64,000 nucleotides of DNA from Takakia lepidozioides (Eukaryota; Plantae; Bryophyta): assembly GCA_030704615.1 (NCBI GenBank), contig CM060733.1, positions 434,001 to 498,000 on the forward strand, given 5' to 3'. A program made the translations under genes and the position numbers. The notes beneath the pieces were generated by a model. That model did not search any database. It worked only from the letters and a program-made list of their open reading frames with translations, and had not been told where the DNA came from. Positions 11,990 to 26,500 of this stretch are shown here, in pieces. How positions within the stretch are numbered: the first letter of the stretch is position 1; every line of letters begins with the position of its first letter.

Positions 11990-12720
11990 CCTGGGCAGAG
12001 TCTGTCGCTCCCAATGCTGACTCTCAAGATGTCATCTCCTTGGACTTAGACTACTTGCGTGCTCATTCATCCAAAATGATGCAACACGGTATCTTAGTGC
12101 ATTTTCCAGGCCGTCCCCGAGATAAAGACTGGGCTAGAAAATAGGCGATTGAGCATATGGGGGTAGAAGGAGGATTGACTCACCATTTTTGTCACTCTAT
12201 GGGCCGTGGTTTTTACATTGTCAAATTTGGTTCCAAGGAGGACGCCGATCGAGCTCTTGCTTTCAACACACAAAAATTTCGTTTCAAAGTGAACATCTTT
12301 CCTTGGTCACCTGCCTGGGGTCACAAGGATGGCGCCACCTACAAGCCCAGAATTATTGCGCTCCCTTTCCTGCCAGATAACTATTTGACCTCGTTCCCAG
12401 GAGATTGGAGCCCACTTCGGCTCCTATATCGAAAGCCTCAATGTTTTTTATCCAATTGACGATGTTGTTTTGAGTGTGGATCAGGACCCTGCCTTGTTTG
12501 ACTCTAGTAAAGATAGTGGGGTTAATCCAATGATTGTTGTTATGATGCCTGTATCGGCTAAATTGGAAATGCTATCGAGCTCCCCACTTTGGATGGTTCG
12601 TTCATCTCTGTGCAGATCGGGGAGGAGTTGCTAAGCATCATTTGCTTTGGCTGTAATGGGGAGGGGCATGTCAAAGCAGATTTCCCCCACAAGGACAAAG
12701 CGGATGCAAAGGTCCAGGTT
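11990..12720 (+). mobile_element. L1-clade LINE ORF1 remnant (DUF4283/RRM-like plus zinc knuckle), opposite orientation to the adjacent endonuclease
   Basis: MGRGFYIVKFGSKEDADRALA..FPWSP and CFGCNGEGHVKADFP; disrupted. Confidence 0.75.
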
Positions 12721-15700
12721 GGGGTCCCCACGTGCGGTGCACCTCTGCCAGAAACTCAAAGTGCTCCTGAGCTCCCCCCTCCATCCTACTTACTAATGGC
12801 TCAGAGGGTCTGGCAGGATCGTGGATCACCACCCACCATGCCACTTACTATTCTGCCTCCAAGGAAGTGGAGCTCTCTCTCAAGCTCGTTGGCAATATCT
12901 TCGTTGAACAACCTTTTCAAATCCAACTCTCAAACGAGACTACAGTTCATTTTGGTTCATTTTGGAGCCTTTTGGGACAACTCGCCTGAGTTCGACTCGG
13001 CCTCCATGGTGCACACTCTCCTCGCTTTCAGAGGGGAAGACACTGTCAGTGACTCGGCCACAACGAGCTCCTTTTCATGGATCACCAAGCAGTCGCTGTC
13101 TGACGGCTCCAATGGGTTCTTTCCTTCCTCGGGGAGTTTTCCCTCCTGTCCAGGTTTCCCTGCAAGTATCAAAGTTCTACAGGCCGGCTTCATTTTGACT
13201 CACACTATTCTGGGCATTACAACCACTCCGTCGCCCTCCCCCCACAATGAGGACATTGTTGGTTTTGTGCCTTTTGTGGGAAAAACGAAGAAAGCTCTCC
13301 TCAAACGTTCCATGGCCGCGCCCTCGCCATCTACCTGGCAAGGTCTTCTTCGCAGGTAAGCTCCGCTTACTCCGCTTTCCCCCTGTTCATCTGTTGCTTC
13401 CCCTCTCACTTGCCCTCCAAATGTCATGTGCTTGTTCGTCGGCACCCTCTTGGCAAAGTGTTGCCACATCTCCTCCATGCTCTTGGATAGGAACCCTTAT
13501 CTGGGGACTTTCTCCTCTATTTAGCTGGAGTTTTGGATTTAAGGAACATCACTCTTGGCTGCTCTGTTATCCCTGCTAAAAAGTCCTAATTTGTCCCTTT
13601 GATTGGGGAAACTAGGAAGAAAACTAGGGGCAATACCTGGGTAGGTATTATCACCCTTTCCAGTACTCCCCCCCCCCCCCCCCCCCCTCCGGGTTTCTGC
13701 TGGATTTCCTCTCTTCCCTCCCCACAACAGAAGAACTGTCTTTCTTTTCTCTTTTTTAGGGCCATCATTTTGAGAGGACCTCTGGAGCCCTCCCTCTTCG
13801 GGGGCGTCAGGAAGGAGATGAGGGCAATTGAAGGGGGAGCCCGCCAGAAAAGCCACACGACAAAACGAAGAAGGACGGAGGCAGCCGGCAGAACACAACG
13901 TAGGGTCGACAACACTACCAAGGGGATAGGGGCAGGTCACTAGGATTAGAGAGGGAGATAAGGCCTGCCAGAGAGAAAGGGAGGAGCAGAGGAGGAGGGC
14001 ACATCGGGGGACCCAAGGGGGAGGAGATAAATGGAAGGAGAGCTGGGGGGGGGGGGATGTTAAAACAGACACAGCAAACTGTCAGCAGAGCCTAATGCAG
14101 CCGAGGACAGGGGAAGAACCTCTAGCAGGCGCTGAGGGAAGAGCGGAGAGGAGCTCTAGATCAGAGAGCAAAGTTGCAGGATTGAAAAGCGGCGAGATGG
14201 AGTAATGAACCGCCCAGGGAGAGAGACGACGCAATCTGCATGCAAAAATAAAACATGCATCATGCATGCAGACAGCCAGCAACGCGGGGGGAATCTAGCC
14301 CAGGATTCGAGAATGAGTGCACGCGCAAGATTGGGACATGTCGCACGAGGAGAGGAGGAGGAGGAGGAGGAGAGGGGGGGGGGGGGGGGGGGTGGGGGGG
14401 GGCGCCTTCGAAAAATTCTAAGTCCCAACGAACCACTCACCGCAGAACGCAGAGCTCCGAGACGCGGAACTCCACATTCACGAGGATTTGAAGTAATAAC
14501 CCCTCTGTAAGGTTGTCCAAAAAAAGACGGTAGGAAGGCAACACATATTAAATGGAGGATGGTTCAGGGACCGAATTGGGACAAGTATAGTACATGTGTC
14601 GAGTGGTGGTATGTAGTGGTGACATGTGTGGGGCAATCTTCTAGAAAGATCCACGGCCGCTTGACGAGGTCCGGGGCCACCGCCCTCGGTTGGTATATAA
14701 AGGAGGAAGCGCTATGCTCTCCCTGCCTCTTATTACTTACTCTCTTACTATTTATTAAGTTATTACCTATTTTAGTGGGCTCTGCACAGGCAGGCCCCAT
14801 AAAAGAAAAAACGAGGCAAACATCATGAACCATAGCTATATTAATTAATAGAACAGCTAAGCTGAATAGGCCCCCAAGAACAAACTAGGGTAATAGGCTT
14901 GTAGTTAGAGATAGGTCACGACCACCTCTTTTATGAATACCAGTGATGACACCATGTGAGATTTGAGAAGACATAATTCTCTTAAGAAGTATGTCATTAG
15001 CCATGGCCAAGATTTCTTCACCAACATCCTGCCATACAAAACTCGATGGGGATTCCATCTAAGCAGGGGAATTGAGGGGGCTGAGCCTCTCAACAGCTTG
15101 GAGGTTCCAAAGAAGTAAATGGAGCATATACGTAGAGAATCCTGTTCCACAAGGGAGAGAATCAAGGGAAAGGAGCTGAAGAGTTCTTGACGCTTGGCAA
15201 TCACAGATGGCTCATGTATACCGTGTTCGAATAGAATGGTTGCTCGCGGGCTAGATATTAGAGGACCAGAACCATCACGCAGGGAGGCAATAGAAGTAGA
15301 TGCAAGAAGCCGTCATCTTTTCACCTTGGAGCGATCAATTGACTCCCGCTTTGCGTCTTAAAGCTGATTCCTCAACGCTCAGTAACTCCGCAAGGTTTCG
15401 CTTTGCCGTATTTGGTTGGAGTCCAAGGTTTGATGCCATACCAAAGTTAAAAGGACCATGCTTTGCAACGTTAGGTGTTACTTAAGCCTAGCTTTACAGC
15501 TTTCGGTGCTGAGAGAGAGCTGCATGTCAGTGAACAACTAACATGGCTGTTGGGGGAAGTTTGGCATATCGCCTTTGAGCGATGAGTCAGGTTGAATCGC
15601 ATGTCTGATTGACTCTATTTCTTCAAAACAAGACCTTTTTTTGCCTCTAAAGTCATGTCGGAAGCACGAAGAGCTGTTTCCAGTTTGTGTAATGGGACGT

Positions 15701-16134
15701 GAGGGCCTCACAAGTATGATGTGAAGCCTGGGCCGACCTAAACCCATCGGCACTAGACCTAAAGACAATATCCATTTTACACAGTCCGGTGGATTCTTCA
15801 TAAGAGAGCGGCCCTCTATCAGACCATCAAGAGCATAGTGCAGCCTGCACCTCTGATCACCAACTTTCAAAATCTCGTGGCTGAGCCTAAAGTCTGGCCT
15901 GTTGGGGTCTAATCGCTGGGCAGCTCACATCGTTGTGTGAAGGGTTTTCTAGAGGAGTTCCTAGAGGAAATCTGGAAAGTATAAACTAATTGTTTGTATA
16001 TCAAGGTAAGTCCCACTAATGGAGTGAGCTCCTCACACAGGTAGTGTCTGTTGTCTGTCCCCTCTTGCTCCGCCCAAACTGGGCGAACTGATCCACAATC
16101 GCAGAACAGGGAACCTCCTCTGTTGGCCCTCCCG

Positions 16135-17154
16135 ATGCCTGCCGCTGATGATGGAGGAGAGGAGAATGAGGATGACGCTACGCTGGCGGAGTTTCTTGAA
16201 TCCGAAGTTCTGAGCGATGATTCCAGGCCTTCCTCGCCTTCTCATTCTGATGTGGTTTATGCAGCGGAGATGAGTCGAGGAGGACGGCAAGTAAGAATAC
16301 ATGTTCAAGAAGCACCTGGGAGTGATGGAGCAGCCTCGCAGTTCAGCATTCGGACAGGCAATTTTGGGAAGGTTCCACCAGAGCTGTTTCAGAACATTCT
16401 CAAGTTCCTGTCTTCAGAGGATCTTTCTACATGTTCAAGTGTGTGCCGGTTCCTACGGAGGGCTGCATCTGATGAGGCCCTCTGGCGCAGGCTATACTGT
16501 CTCCGATGGGGCCCTCCTTTGCGGACTGATTGCTGTGGAAATCCACGGGGCAGTGCATGGAAGAAGCTCTACTTTGAGCGTGACCAGGCGGATATGATGG
16601 AATTTGTGAGGAACACTCCTGGCGAGTTTCGCGAATACTATATTCAGATGCAGGTTGCAAAGCGCAGTCAGGCTCCTCTTCCTTCACAGGTACATGATGA
16701 TCTTGTGGTGGTGGATACATCGGTTGCAGACCAAGTGACAGCATGGCGGCGTAATCAAAGCATGGCTGAAGTATATGCTGGAGATCATTGGTGCTCTGGT
16801 AGAACCTGTTCCTACCACCAGATTGGTGATGTTTTCTTGTGCGAGAAGACTGGCAGAGCCCACATCTGTGATGATACGTGTCGGGAAATTGTATTGGATC
16901 CATCCAATGAGCTCCTGGTGTGTACTGTATCTGGACGCTGCTTCGATCGGTGGCTCACTCCTGCAGAGGAACTTGAATCAGAGCCTCAGGGGCAGCAGCA
17001 GGCAGATGCAAATGCAGCAGCTGAGGAGGGAGAGCCTTTTCTGGGCTCAGGTCGTCTTGCACGAGCATACTGGCTGGGTTACAATTGTGCAGATGAGCGA
17101 GAGCTTGATGAAGCCCTGAGGTGTTGCTCTGGGAGTGCTACCTCTCTTTTCTGA
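16135..17154 (+). CDS. SKIP31: F-box protein SKIP31-like (F-box plus Cys/His-rich UL92-like C-terminal domain), single coding exon
   Basis: LAEFLESEVLS N-terminus, F-box VPPELFQNILKFLSSEDL..CSSVCR, WKKLYFERD, and CEKTGRAHICDDTC..CTVSGRCF. First in-frame ATG is at 16135. Confidence 0.9.
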   Translation: MPAADDGGEENEDDATLAEFLESEVLSDDSRPSSPSHSDVVYAAEMSRGGRQVRIHVQEAPGSDGAASQFSIRTGNFGKVPPELFQNILKFLSSEDLSTCSSVCRFLRRAASDEALWRRLYCLRWGPPLRTDCCGNPRGSAWKKLYFERDQADMMEFVRNTPGEFREYYIQMQVAKRSQAPLPSQVHDDLVVVDTSVADQVTAWRRNQSMAEVYAGDHWCSGRTCSYHQIGDVFLCEKTGRAHICDDTCREIVLDPSNELLVCTVSGRCFDRWLTPAEELESEPQGQQQADANAAAEEGEPFLGSGRLARAYWLGYNCADERELDEALRCCSGSATSLF

Positions 17155-19167
17155 TGTTGCTAGGTGTTTGCCTTGCCTTCGGCGGACAAAGTACATAGTA
17201 GACTTCCTCTGATTCCAAAATCTTCAATATTAATATACCACCAGTTTTGCCAGATGGTAGTCATTTGCAAGATTGTGTGATGAGTTGTGACCTGCAATGT
17301 TCCTAGTTTTTTCCTGTTTCGTACTATCTTCCTAATAGCATCCACAGACTGGGGTTTGGCGAATTGAGGGAGCTTGGACAAGTTACTGAAAATGTCGCAG
17401 GGAGGTTCTATACCCAAGCTGCAAGCAGGGAAGGTTCTGTTTTAGTATCTAATGATGTATGACAATTGACTCTTCAGCTCAAAAAAAACCCAAAAAAATA
17501 AAAAAGAAGAAGAAGAAGAAGAACAGTCTGTCTGCTCTAGACAAGGGAAGATCAGGCCACCCATCAGGAGCGTTGTTGTCTTTGTGGATGGCAATTCTGA
17601 AAGGGAGCACAACTTCACAGACCGGGCCTGGAATCCAGAATTGTTATGCCCTCCCGTTGCTGAAGACGGACGTATCACAGACGACGGATAGAAACACATC
17701 CGGATTGTTTAACATAAATAAGTGCAAACAGCCCCATAGATTCCTTTCGAAGTCGGACCTGTCCATCTTGAGAGACAGGGATAATGTACTCATTGGACGT
17801 TGTTTGCCGCATTCTTCTGGCCACCCAAAAAGAGAGACTTTTATAACGTCCACGGGAAGCTCAAAGAGTTTATGGGACGAAGGAAAAGCATAATACAAGA
17901 TCAACGGAAGTTGGGCCAAGCATATCCGCATGAGGCCGCTTTCCATCTTAGCGCTAGAATCTATTGATGGATAGTTGTTTTTGGGCCGGTTGTTGAGCGT
18001 GCTTCTGATCATCGTAATAGAAGATCTCGTGAACCGGATCCCATAGTAAAGAAGACGCTGAAAGAAGAATTCGTCAGACTCAATCTCCCTTGCGCAAGCC
18101 GAACCCATTAAATGACCAGCACGCTCCAAGGTTGTCCATCTACCAGTCTCTATCCGCGGGGAGCAGTGTGAGCCCACCCCAGAAGACAGAGAAATAGAGT
18201 AGGTTCCAGAGGAGTTATTGGGCTGTAGGATTCTCTCATCGCCGAGGGTCAGAAAGGTTTTGTCATCGCGACAGAACTGCAGCTTTGTTGTAAGATTGTC
18301 CGGCTCATAACCTTGATGCGATCGTGTTTCCAAGGAAGAAATTTCCACAGCTTCTGCAGTAGGGACGCAAAAACCCCAGCAAACCGACAGGTGCTGGAAC
18401 CATTCTCATCGAGATTGTAAAGATGCTTTACACGTCATTCGTTCCCTTTGGGAAAATCCAAAAAGACGACTAATTTGGGCCCAAAAAAGCACGAGAAGAA
18501 GAGTTGAGCTCGAGATCTTTGCAAGGATTCTTGGGTCCAGGGAACATGGAGCGGTCCCCACAAGTCTCGCCATAGATCGGGATTCGAACTTCGGAAAATT
18601 GAAGAGCCGAGCTTCTGGAAGTGCAAAGATCGTCCTGGAGATGACTAGGGTGGATTCCTGTGCAAGATTGCTTTGTGGGGCAGTGTGAATTCCAGGCCTT
18701 ATGGGTTGAGGTATGCTGTGCCTGGGTTGAAACGATCGCAGCCAAGAATGGTGGAGTACTTTTGTGAGGTGGTTGCCGGTTGAGCTGATGTTGGGCGGCT
18801 CTGGTCTGGATGGTTTTGAAGTTCCAGAACCGAAAGATTAGAGAGAGATAGACCGAGACAAAGCTATATGGATTCTGTGGCCATCCGCCTCTGACGTTTA
18901 GGTTTGTCTCGAGGAATCCTGGTGTGGGAGCAGGAACCAGGCCGCCCATTTCTTTGCTAATTTGTGAACTAGGACTACGTAACTGAGCCCCTCGAGCATT
19001 ATTGTAACCGATCGCTCAACCTTACGGAAGTACAAGCTACACTTATGCGAAGAGTTTGTTCATGATATCCATCATGGGTAATTGATTGTTCTAGTTACAT
19101 AGTTAGTGCTAATCTGAAAGGTACAGAGGGAAAGGGGGGGAGGGAAGGACAAGGAGGAAAGGTGGAG

Positions 19168-22100
19168 ATGGCGAGGGAACAAGAACCAGATACAGCCCCA
19201 CGCGCGGAGCATTGGTACCCGCTCGCGTTAGGCCCTACCATATCTGAACAGAATGCCACTCGGTTCTACTCCTTACGATGTAAGTCCCCGTCTCCTGCTG
19301 CTAATAAACATCCTTGCTTCTGTTGGTCTATGAAACTTCACAATCCAGGGAAGGACAAGTCAAACATGTCCATATTTGCTCAAAGATGCTTCCTATCAGG
19401 TGCTGGCTTTAGAAGGAAAGAATTGTGTCACCAATTAGTTGGTGTAATCAAAGCCAGATGTTTCTACTTCGTGGCAAACAACTGCCTTCGAATTTGTTGA
19501 GCGGAACATTGAAAGCCACTGTGTAGTATGTTCAGTTTTGTTAGGTTTGGCTACTGATGACCACTCAGACTCATTATCCAGTGAGTAGGCAGTAATGTCT
19601 TGTAAGTGGAATTTGATTTGGGCGATAGGGGATGGTCTGTGAATTGTCTACCCTCAGGAATCAGAGTACAGAGCATTGACGATGAGTCTCTCTGTTTTGT
19701 TTGTCCTGTTGCAGATGAGTTCAAACCTGCCTCCATAGACACAGGAAGGCCAGGCAGTCTCCACAAGGGTGCAGAGAACAAGGTGACAGTCGAATTTTTA
19801 AACAATCAGGCTGGGAAGCCCAAAGTGGCGTTCCAAGGCAACAGTGAGGACTGCAAAGACCTGGATGCGGTCATCTTTTTTGATGGGAAAAGCTTCCGTT
19901 TGGAGCGCTTGCACAGAGCTGTTAAGAGTCTTAGACATGTCAGACTGCCAGGCGAGAGTGCAGCAGCAGCAGCAGCAGCAGCTGCAGCTGCAGCTGGAGG
20001 GGCAGCAGGCAGTGCATCTCCTGTGCTTTTGAATGGATCTGCAGCTTCATCGCAAGAGAAGAACTCTTTCAAGGCTCATGTGGTATGATTACTTTGTTTG
20101 TTTGTTGTGAGGCCTATGCTGTCCAGATTACCCTCAAGAGTTGTGAGTCTGGATGCTGCCATAGAACAATGAAGCTTCTGAGGATCCATAACTCCTACAC
20201 ATTGATTGTTAGTGAGGAAACCATGGCCACCTGGGAGAATATTGGCATGAACCATGACCATTGAAAGCTCTTGGTATGACAACAGCAAAGCAGGTGGTCT
20301 GTGAAATGTGCCATATGCATTGTTCCATATGCATAAACAATGCATCAGATCAGACTGCAGACTTAATCCGATGTCAATATGGAAATGCAAAGAGGTTGTT
20401 GGTGAAACATACTGTAGATACAAACAGTCAATCAAACCAGCCTTACAGGCTGATTCCCATGTTAATAGGAGCAGAGCTGCAAAGCATGGCTAGATGAATG
20501 GTAAAATGTGGGCTTTCAGACGAGGAAGAAACCCCAAAACTGATCTTAACTGCTACTTGCATTCTTTTGCCAAATCAGGATGTACCTGAGTGAACTTGTC
20601 ACAGACCATATAAGCCACCTGTCAAGGCATCTGGCGCTCTCCATTAACATACAAGTTTGCCAAAGCCATTCTCCACCAACCACAGTATAGCTAGCAACAC
20701 TGAAGCCCAAAAAGAGACGAAAGAAGAAACAAAGGTGGACATCAAACCTACAGAATTTAGTGACCAGGAGAAAATTACTTCAATAGTAAAGTAAGAAGGT
20801 TGATCTTTGATTCGTCAAAGGTTGTAGTATGAAGTAAAGGGTTAATCCTGCAATGACAGTTCATCTGAAACATACACTAAAATGTGATTTGTCTACCCTG
20901 TGTCCTTGTTAGAAATTTGTGCTAGGTGGTCTTCAATCAATTAATTAAATTGGTTGGTGACAAACAGGTTAGGGAGCAAATCACAGAGGACATCCCAGTT
21001 GTGAAGCCTGAAGCTCCAGGTCTGTTCCATTGCACTAAATCAGTATTGGAGGGATGCTGGTTGCGTATATCAGATGTTCATGGTTGCTAGTTAACCGCTT
21101 AGGTGCAATTTTTGACTACATGTATCTTTCCCTTCTTTTGTATGCTGTTTGCCTGCTTTTGCTTTGTGTACTGCTGTCTCCCTGCCAACCAGGCATGAGT
21201 ATTCTGTAGCATGACCAAACAATGATCTGGTTCTTAATCGTAAAAAACCTTTCTCTCTTGATTGGAGGAATGGACCCCTTATCTTCATACTACTTTCTGT
21301 CCCCCTTGGTCCTTTGGGCCTTCTGCGGATGTAGTAAAGTTTTTTTTTTTTTTTTTTTTTTTCTCATACTGTTTATTGCTCGTGCCTCTCACCTTCCCTC
21401 AAAAGTGTTAGGATACATGAGATAAAGTTTTTCACCATCTAATCCTGTCCTAGTTTCTATCATTCTCCTTCCTTTCTTTCATTCACTTGCAATCAGCATT
21501 TGAAAGCAGATTGTCATGGATAGTGTTAATACTGGGGGAAGAGATAGGTTGCGGGGTTGGTTTGCTCTATCAGTTGGAGTTAGTGAACTCGAAACTGCTT
21601 CAGCCTTTGGTTAAAGGTAGAAAATATCCGTGGAATACAGTTGGGCACTTTCTGTATGTTGCTGTTACAGTGAAATCTGTCCGTCATATTTGATATGTGG
21701 AATTCTTGATGAAATTGCAGTAGGAAAAAAGAATGTCAAGAGGAAAGCCGTCAATTCAAAATCTTTGAAGAAGAAGGGCTCTCCTGTTGCCTCCTCTCCT
21801 GTGGATATCAAACAAGACTTGGAGATTGCCTCCCCTACCCATGTAGACATAGATGACACTGAGACTCTTGAACCGGAGCCTCAACCAGAACCAGAGCTGG
21901 AGCCAAAAAGAACCACGCAATCTGTGGCGGAGGTTGTTGAGGACATTGACATTGTTGGTGATGAAGAGATTCTGGAGGTACTGGAGGAGCATGAGAGTGA
22001 TTATGAAATTGAAGATGTAGATGTAAGTGAGGATGAGGATGCTGACGGGGAGGCAAAGGCCGGGTCAATGGACCCGACTGCAATTGTTGGAGAAGAGGTG

Positions 22101-22235
22101 GCCGTGGGCCAAACAAAGGAGCGGAGTAAAAGCTCAAGTGACAGTGGGAGTAGTGGGAGCAGCGACAGTGGCAGTAGTAGTAGTGACAGCAGCGATGAAG
22201 ATGAAGAGTCTGCAAGCTCTGGGGACGACATTTGA
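19168..22235 (+). CDS. EAF: ELL-associated factor (EAF domain) RNA polymerase II elongation factor; exons ~19168-19279, 19715-20082, 20968-21019, 21721-22235
   Basis: FYSLRYEFKPASID...DAVIFFDGKSFRLERLHRAVKSLRH EAF domain. GT-AG junctions are phase-compatible. Acidic/Ser-rich tail and a (GCA)n poly-Ala tract. Confidence 0.88.
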
Positions 22236-23528
22236 TGGGCCTCATTAGTAGAAGATGGATTGGGTTTATTGGATTTTTTTTTTGGGTTCCGAGGTAAATC
22301 CTCATGAATTTTGATAGGTTGGCTCACCTCGAATGCTCACCTCTATCTGAAGGGCAGCTAGTGGTTGATGGGTTCCATTGCAACACCCTCCTAATTGTGG
22401 CAAGGTCTACTCAAGGGCCTCAACATACATTCTGGCCTTACTGCGATTGGGTGCTACCTGCTTGGAGGTTGAGCACATCTGTTTCTGGACGGTCAGTTGA
22501 AGCCGTCAGCCACCCAAAGGTATCCTGAAAAGGCACCTGATGATTTGTTGCTCACCATGGCGACAAGATTAAATAGAAAGCTAATAGATGTACATGAGTG
22601 AACCATGTAGTAGAACCCAGTGAGATTGTAAGACCACTGCTAACAAACTCCGCATTGAGAGCACATTGAACTCGGCCTTGTGTCAGATTGAACACAGTGA
22701 ATGTGTGTGCTACTGGATGCAAGGTATGGTGGCATTTCGAGGTTGCCCTATTAGGGAAATTTCAAAACTCAATTTATGTAATGTAAGTTTGAGATGATTC
22801 AATGTAGGTTTGTGGATTCTTGAATCTTGATGTGCAAGAACTTAAACAGTGGTATTTCCTCGCCCTCGTCCCAACCAAAGTCGACTCCTCGGAGAAACTC
22901 GCATATGGATGTGATGCTGTTTATGTAGTCATTCAAATCTTGTTTACAGTGATTATCTAGTCATACAAATTGTGTCGTCCTTCCTTGTGGGTCATTCCAA
23001 GTGATACCTGCCATGCTCATTTCATCTGTGAAAACTCAAAACACCTTCGCCGCCAAAGAAACCCAGCTCTCTCCTTCAGGATTGTTGGCTGACTGGATCA
23101 AAACATATATTATATTTAGTTGATTGTGAACTACCTTTGTTGTTCCTATCTCTTAATATAGTTGAATGAAACAAGACACAAAGACATGTCTAGATACGTT
23201 GTAGGTTGGGAATATTGAATCTTCAAGTTGTTTCATCATCAAAAATATTTATTTCTAAAAATTCAACGTGATCTCTAACCATTTGAGAGTGGAATATAAT
23301 TATAAAGCTTCTAAAATAAGTGATCAATCATGAGTTAATGAAGTTGACGAGAAGAATTTAATGTTAAGTATGACAATGCTCGCTAATTAAAAAAATATGA
23401 ATACAAATACAAATATCCCAAATCACCTAGATACAAAATTGAGTACATGCCGATAGTAAAGATTAGCAAAGGCAATTCATGTTCAGTGACCAACATAATC
23501 TCGTTAAAATAAAGATGAGGGACAATGG

Positions 23529-26500
23529 TTAATGTGTCCATTGATGCTTGAACATGAATTGCACCTCCAATTCCCCATCCTCAGGAATATCCGTGCAATG
23601 TATTGCATTTTTCACCTGCCATCATCATCGTCATGAAAATGAGTATGATGTCCTAAATTGTACTAACAATCATTTATAGCACCAAACTATTTATGGGTGA
23701 AAATAATATGAAAATAATAATGGTTAGAACGATGATAGACAAATGAATGGTAAACATGACAATATATTCTCTATTACTGTTGTTTAACTTGTGAGGGTTG
23801 TGCAAAGACCTACATACCTTGTTGATGCCAAATTCAGCGCGTATGGTACACGGCCTGATTGCGCGAGCAATTTGTGGATCAGTAGGTCCACATAAATCTC
23901 GAAAGTTGTCCACTGGATTGCTTTCTGGATCACATTTATCACAAATTGCCATAGCAATGAAGTCTCCGGATGCTAGCTCATGTGTCATGGCCTGTAGTAC
24001 ATTAGACAACCTAATTAATTACATCAAAATATAAATAAAATGTTGGATAAGGAGATTAAATTAAACGTCCATCTTCTCCTATGAAGCCTGCTTGTATTGG
24101 TAACCACAAATGGCTGTTCAACAAAAATAGCTCATACAAATAAACAAGAAATCTGATATTGACTAGTTCGACAAGTCATATCTTACAAAGTAATCAGAAA
24201 CAATTCCTCTGTATACTTCTAAGAACTCTTGAGCATTGGGTTGTGAAAAGTTAGCCATCTCCAAACCCGTCACATCAAATTTTTGCATCACTCGGTCTAT
24301 GATGGCCCCAGCACAACCTGCAAACCCAACAATTATTATTTATGAATTTATATCTTCTTGTTTTTCCTAGTCAGAGTCTTATCTCCTTCTCATTGTCTGA
24401 AATTTATGTAGCCTCATCGGAATGAGACACATAAACTCTAACATGGATCAACATGTAATGACTAGAGATAGAAGACTCCGGCCGAAGCGGCGTAACTAAG
24501 AGCCACTTCCGCTTGCGGCTACTGCCCCCTTTGGAGGTGGGGGTGGGCCCTATTATGTAATGACTAAAATATCTGAAACCATCATAGTATATTTATATAT
24601 AGTTTAAATGCTACAGAAGTTATAGCAAGAAAATTATGTTGGGTAGTGATAAGCTCAATAGAATGATAGAAGATATTGCGGTCTTAAGCTGAAAATTTGC
24701 TTGTCGCTTTGCTCAAGGACCAAACTTCCTTTGGTTTGTCTCACATATATGTAAAACGAAGGACAAAACCGTATAAATGTACAACAAATAAATCTTACCC
24801 GCCATGAGAGCGTGAGGTTTGACAATTCCAAGAGTACAATTATTGAAATTTGCACACATCCCCATCTTTCTGTTTGTGAAGAAGAAAAGTGTTTCCTACA
24901 AACCAACACCAATTTAATCCTACTTAGATTCTCACAACAAAAGTTTATAATGATCTTTATTATCATACAATCCAATCAAAGCGGAAAATGACATATGAAT
25001 AACAAGGAAAATGAAAACAACGTAAGATCAAATTCATCATCAACCCCATAAAAGTTTAATTTCTACAGACAAGCTAAGACACGTTGCATTTCAACATTCA
25101 ATAATCAAAATACGATTAATTAACAAATACTTTTAAGGTATAGTAAAAAGAATATGTCATCTTGATGACAATAACTTTTAATCTTGAAAAGTGGTATGCG
25201 AACTCATTTACATATATACCTTCAACACCATTTGAAAACGGTCTATGCAATCCAAATTTTCAATTTAATAGATAATGATATTCTAGATCATAATCATATA
25301 TCCGCGAAAAGTTTTAGTTTGAAATTTTTATTTTATTTTCAACAACTATGTACTAAAAATAAAATAAACAGTGTGTTATGTTTTGATGAAAATAAGAATT
25401 ATCTTGAATTTAATATTATTTATTTGAACAAACACAGCATGAGTACCAGGCGGACACACTCATGAGAGTCAGATCCATGGCAAGCATTTCTTGTGCAGTC
25501 GATGCCAAATTGGGCTCGCAAGGAATTGGGTGTTTTCATCCTGGCAACTTCACTGCTGGTAGGACCTGTCCCAAATATTGAATCAAGTATTTAATACAAA
25601 TTTGGACTATTGAATCACAATGAAATTTAAAGGACGTTCTATTATGTATGTATGTTTTTTTGATATTTTTTGCTTATTGCTATATCGATGGTTGCCAATA
25701 GATATTAGATATTTGTTTCATATGATTATTTATTGGTTTTTATTTTTGACTATGTCATAATATTCATATATAAATGTAAGACTATTGAGACTTCACTAAT
25801 TTATATTTTACTTTTATAAGGGATAATAACTACTTATGTTTTCAGACCTATACTTTACAGACAACTGGTACACTATCAATTGGTCCATATACAACAATGC
25901 GGCCTTCAACTCCAACAATCAAAACATAATGCTAACTATAAAATTCTAAAAATAAAATGGTCAACTGGTATTGGGGTCAACTGGTCCATACAACTATGGT
26001 CATGATATTGACCCCAATATGATTTTCAAGGTATGCGAGGAGAATTTAAATCGTCTTATCTCTAATCTACCCCACCCATGAGGAATGAAAACTTTATGGT
26101 TTTTTGTATGGAAACTCATACAACGTCATACCATATTACAAGGGTCATGAACCAAATTCATTCTAATCATGTATTGTAGTCTTGCCATGGAGGGGAGACT
26201 GCAACAAATAATTTCTTCACGATGTCACAATTTTGAAGATGCATATTAATACTTACCAAGAAGCATCCTCCACCTACAAAGTGCATTCTCACCAACTAGC
26301 TCAATAGCCACCACTGGTCCACTCGCAATGAATTCAGTAAGGCATCTGCGCAACCCCCACCCATAACATATCATGATGCTCACAAATCATGTACATTCTA
26401 AGGAATTTCATAAAGAAATCCAGAGTTATATAAAAAGTTATAAATGAAATGAAATATAGGACTTTGGAAAGCTCTTAAATGCCCAAGCAATTTGCAACTT

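Noticed and set aside
17644-18348. 234-aa minus-strand ORF between SKIP31 and EAF
   Set aside because: Non-ATG start and no recognisable motifs; probably chance or a decayed repeat.
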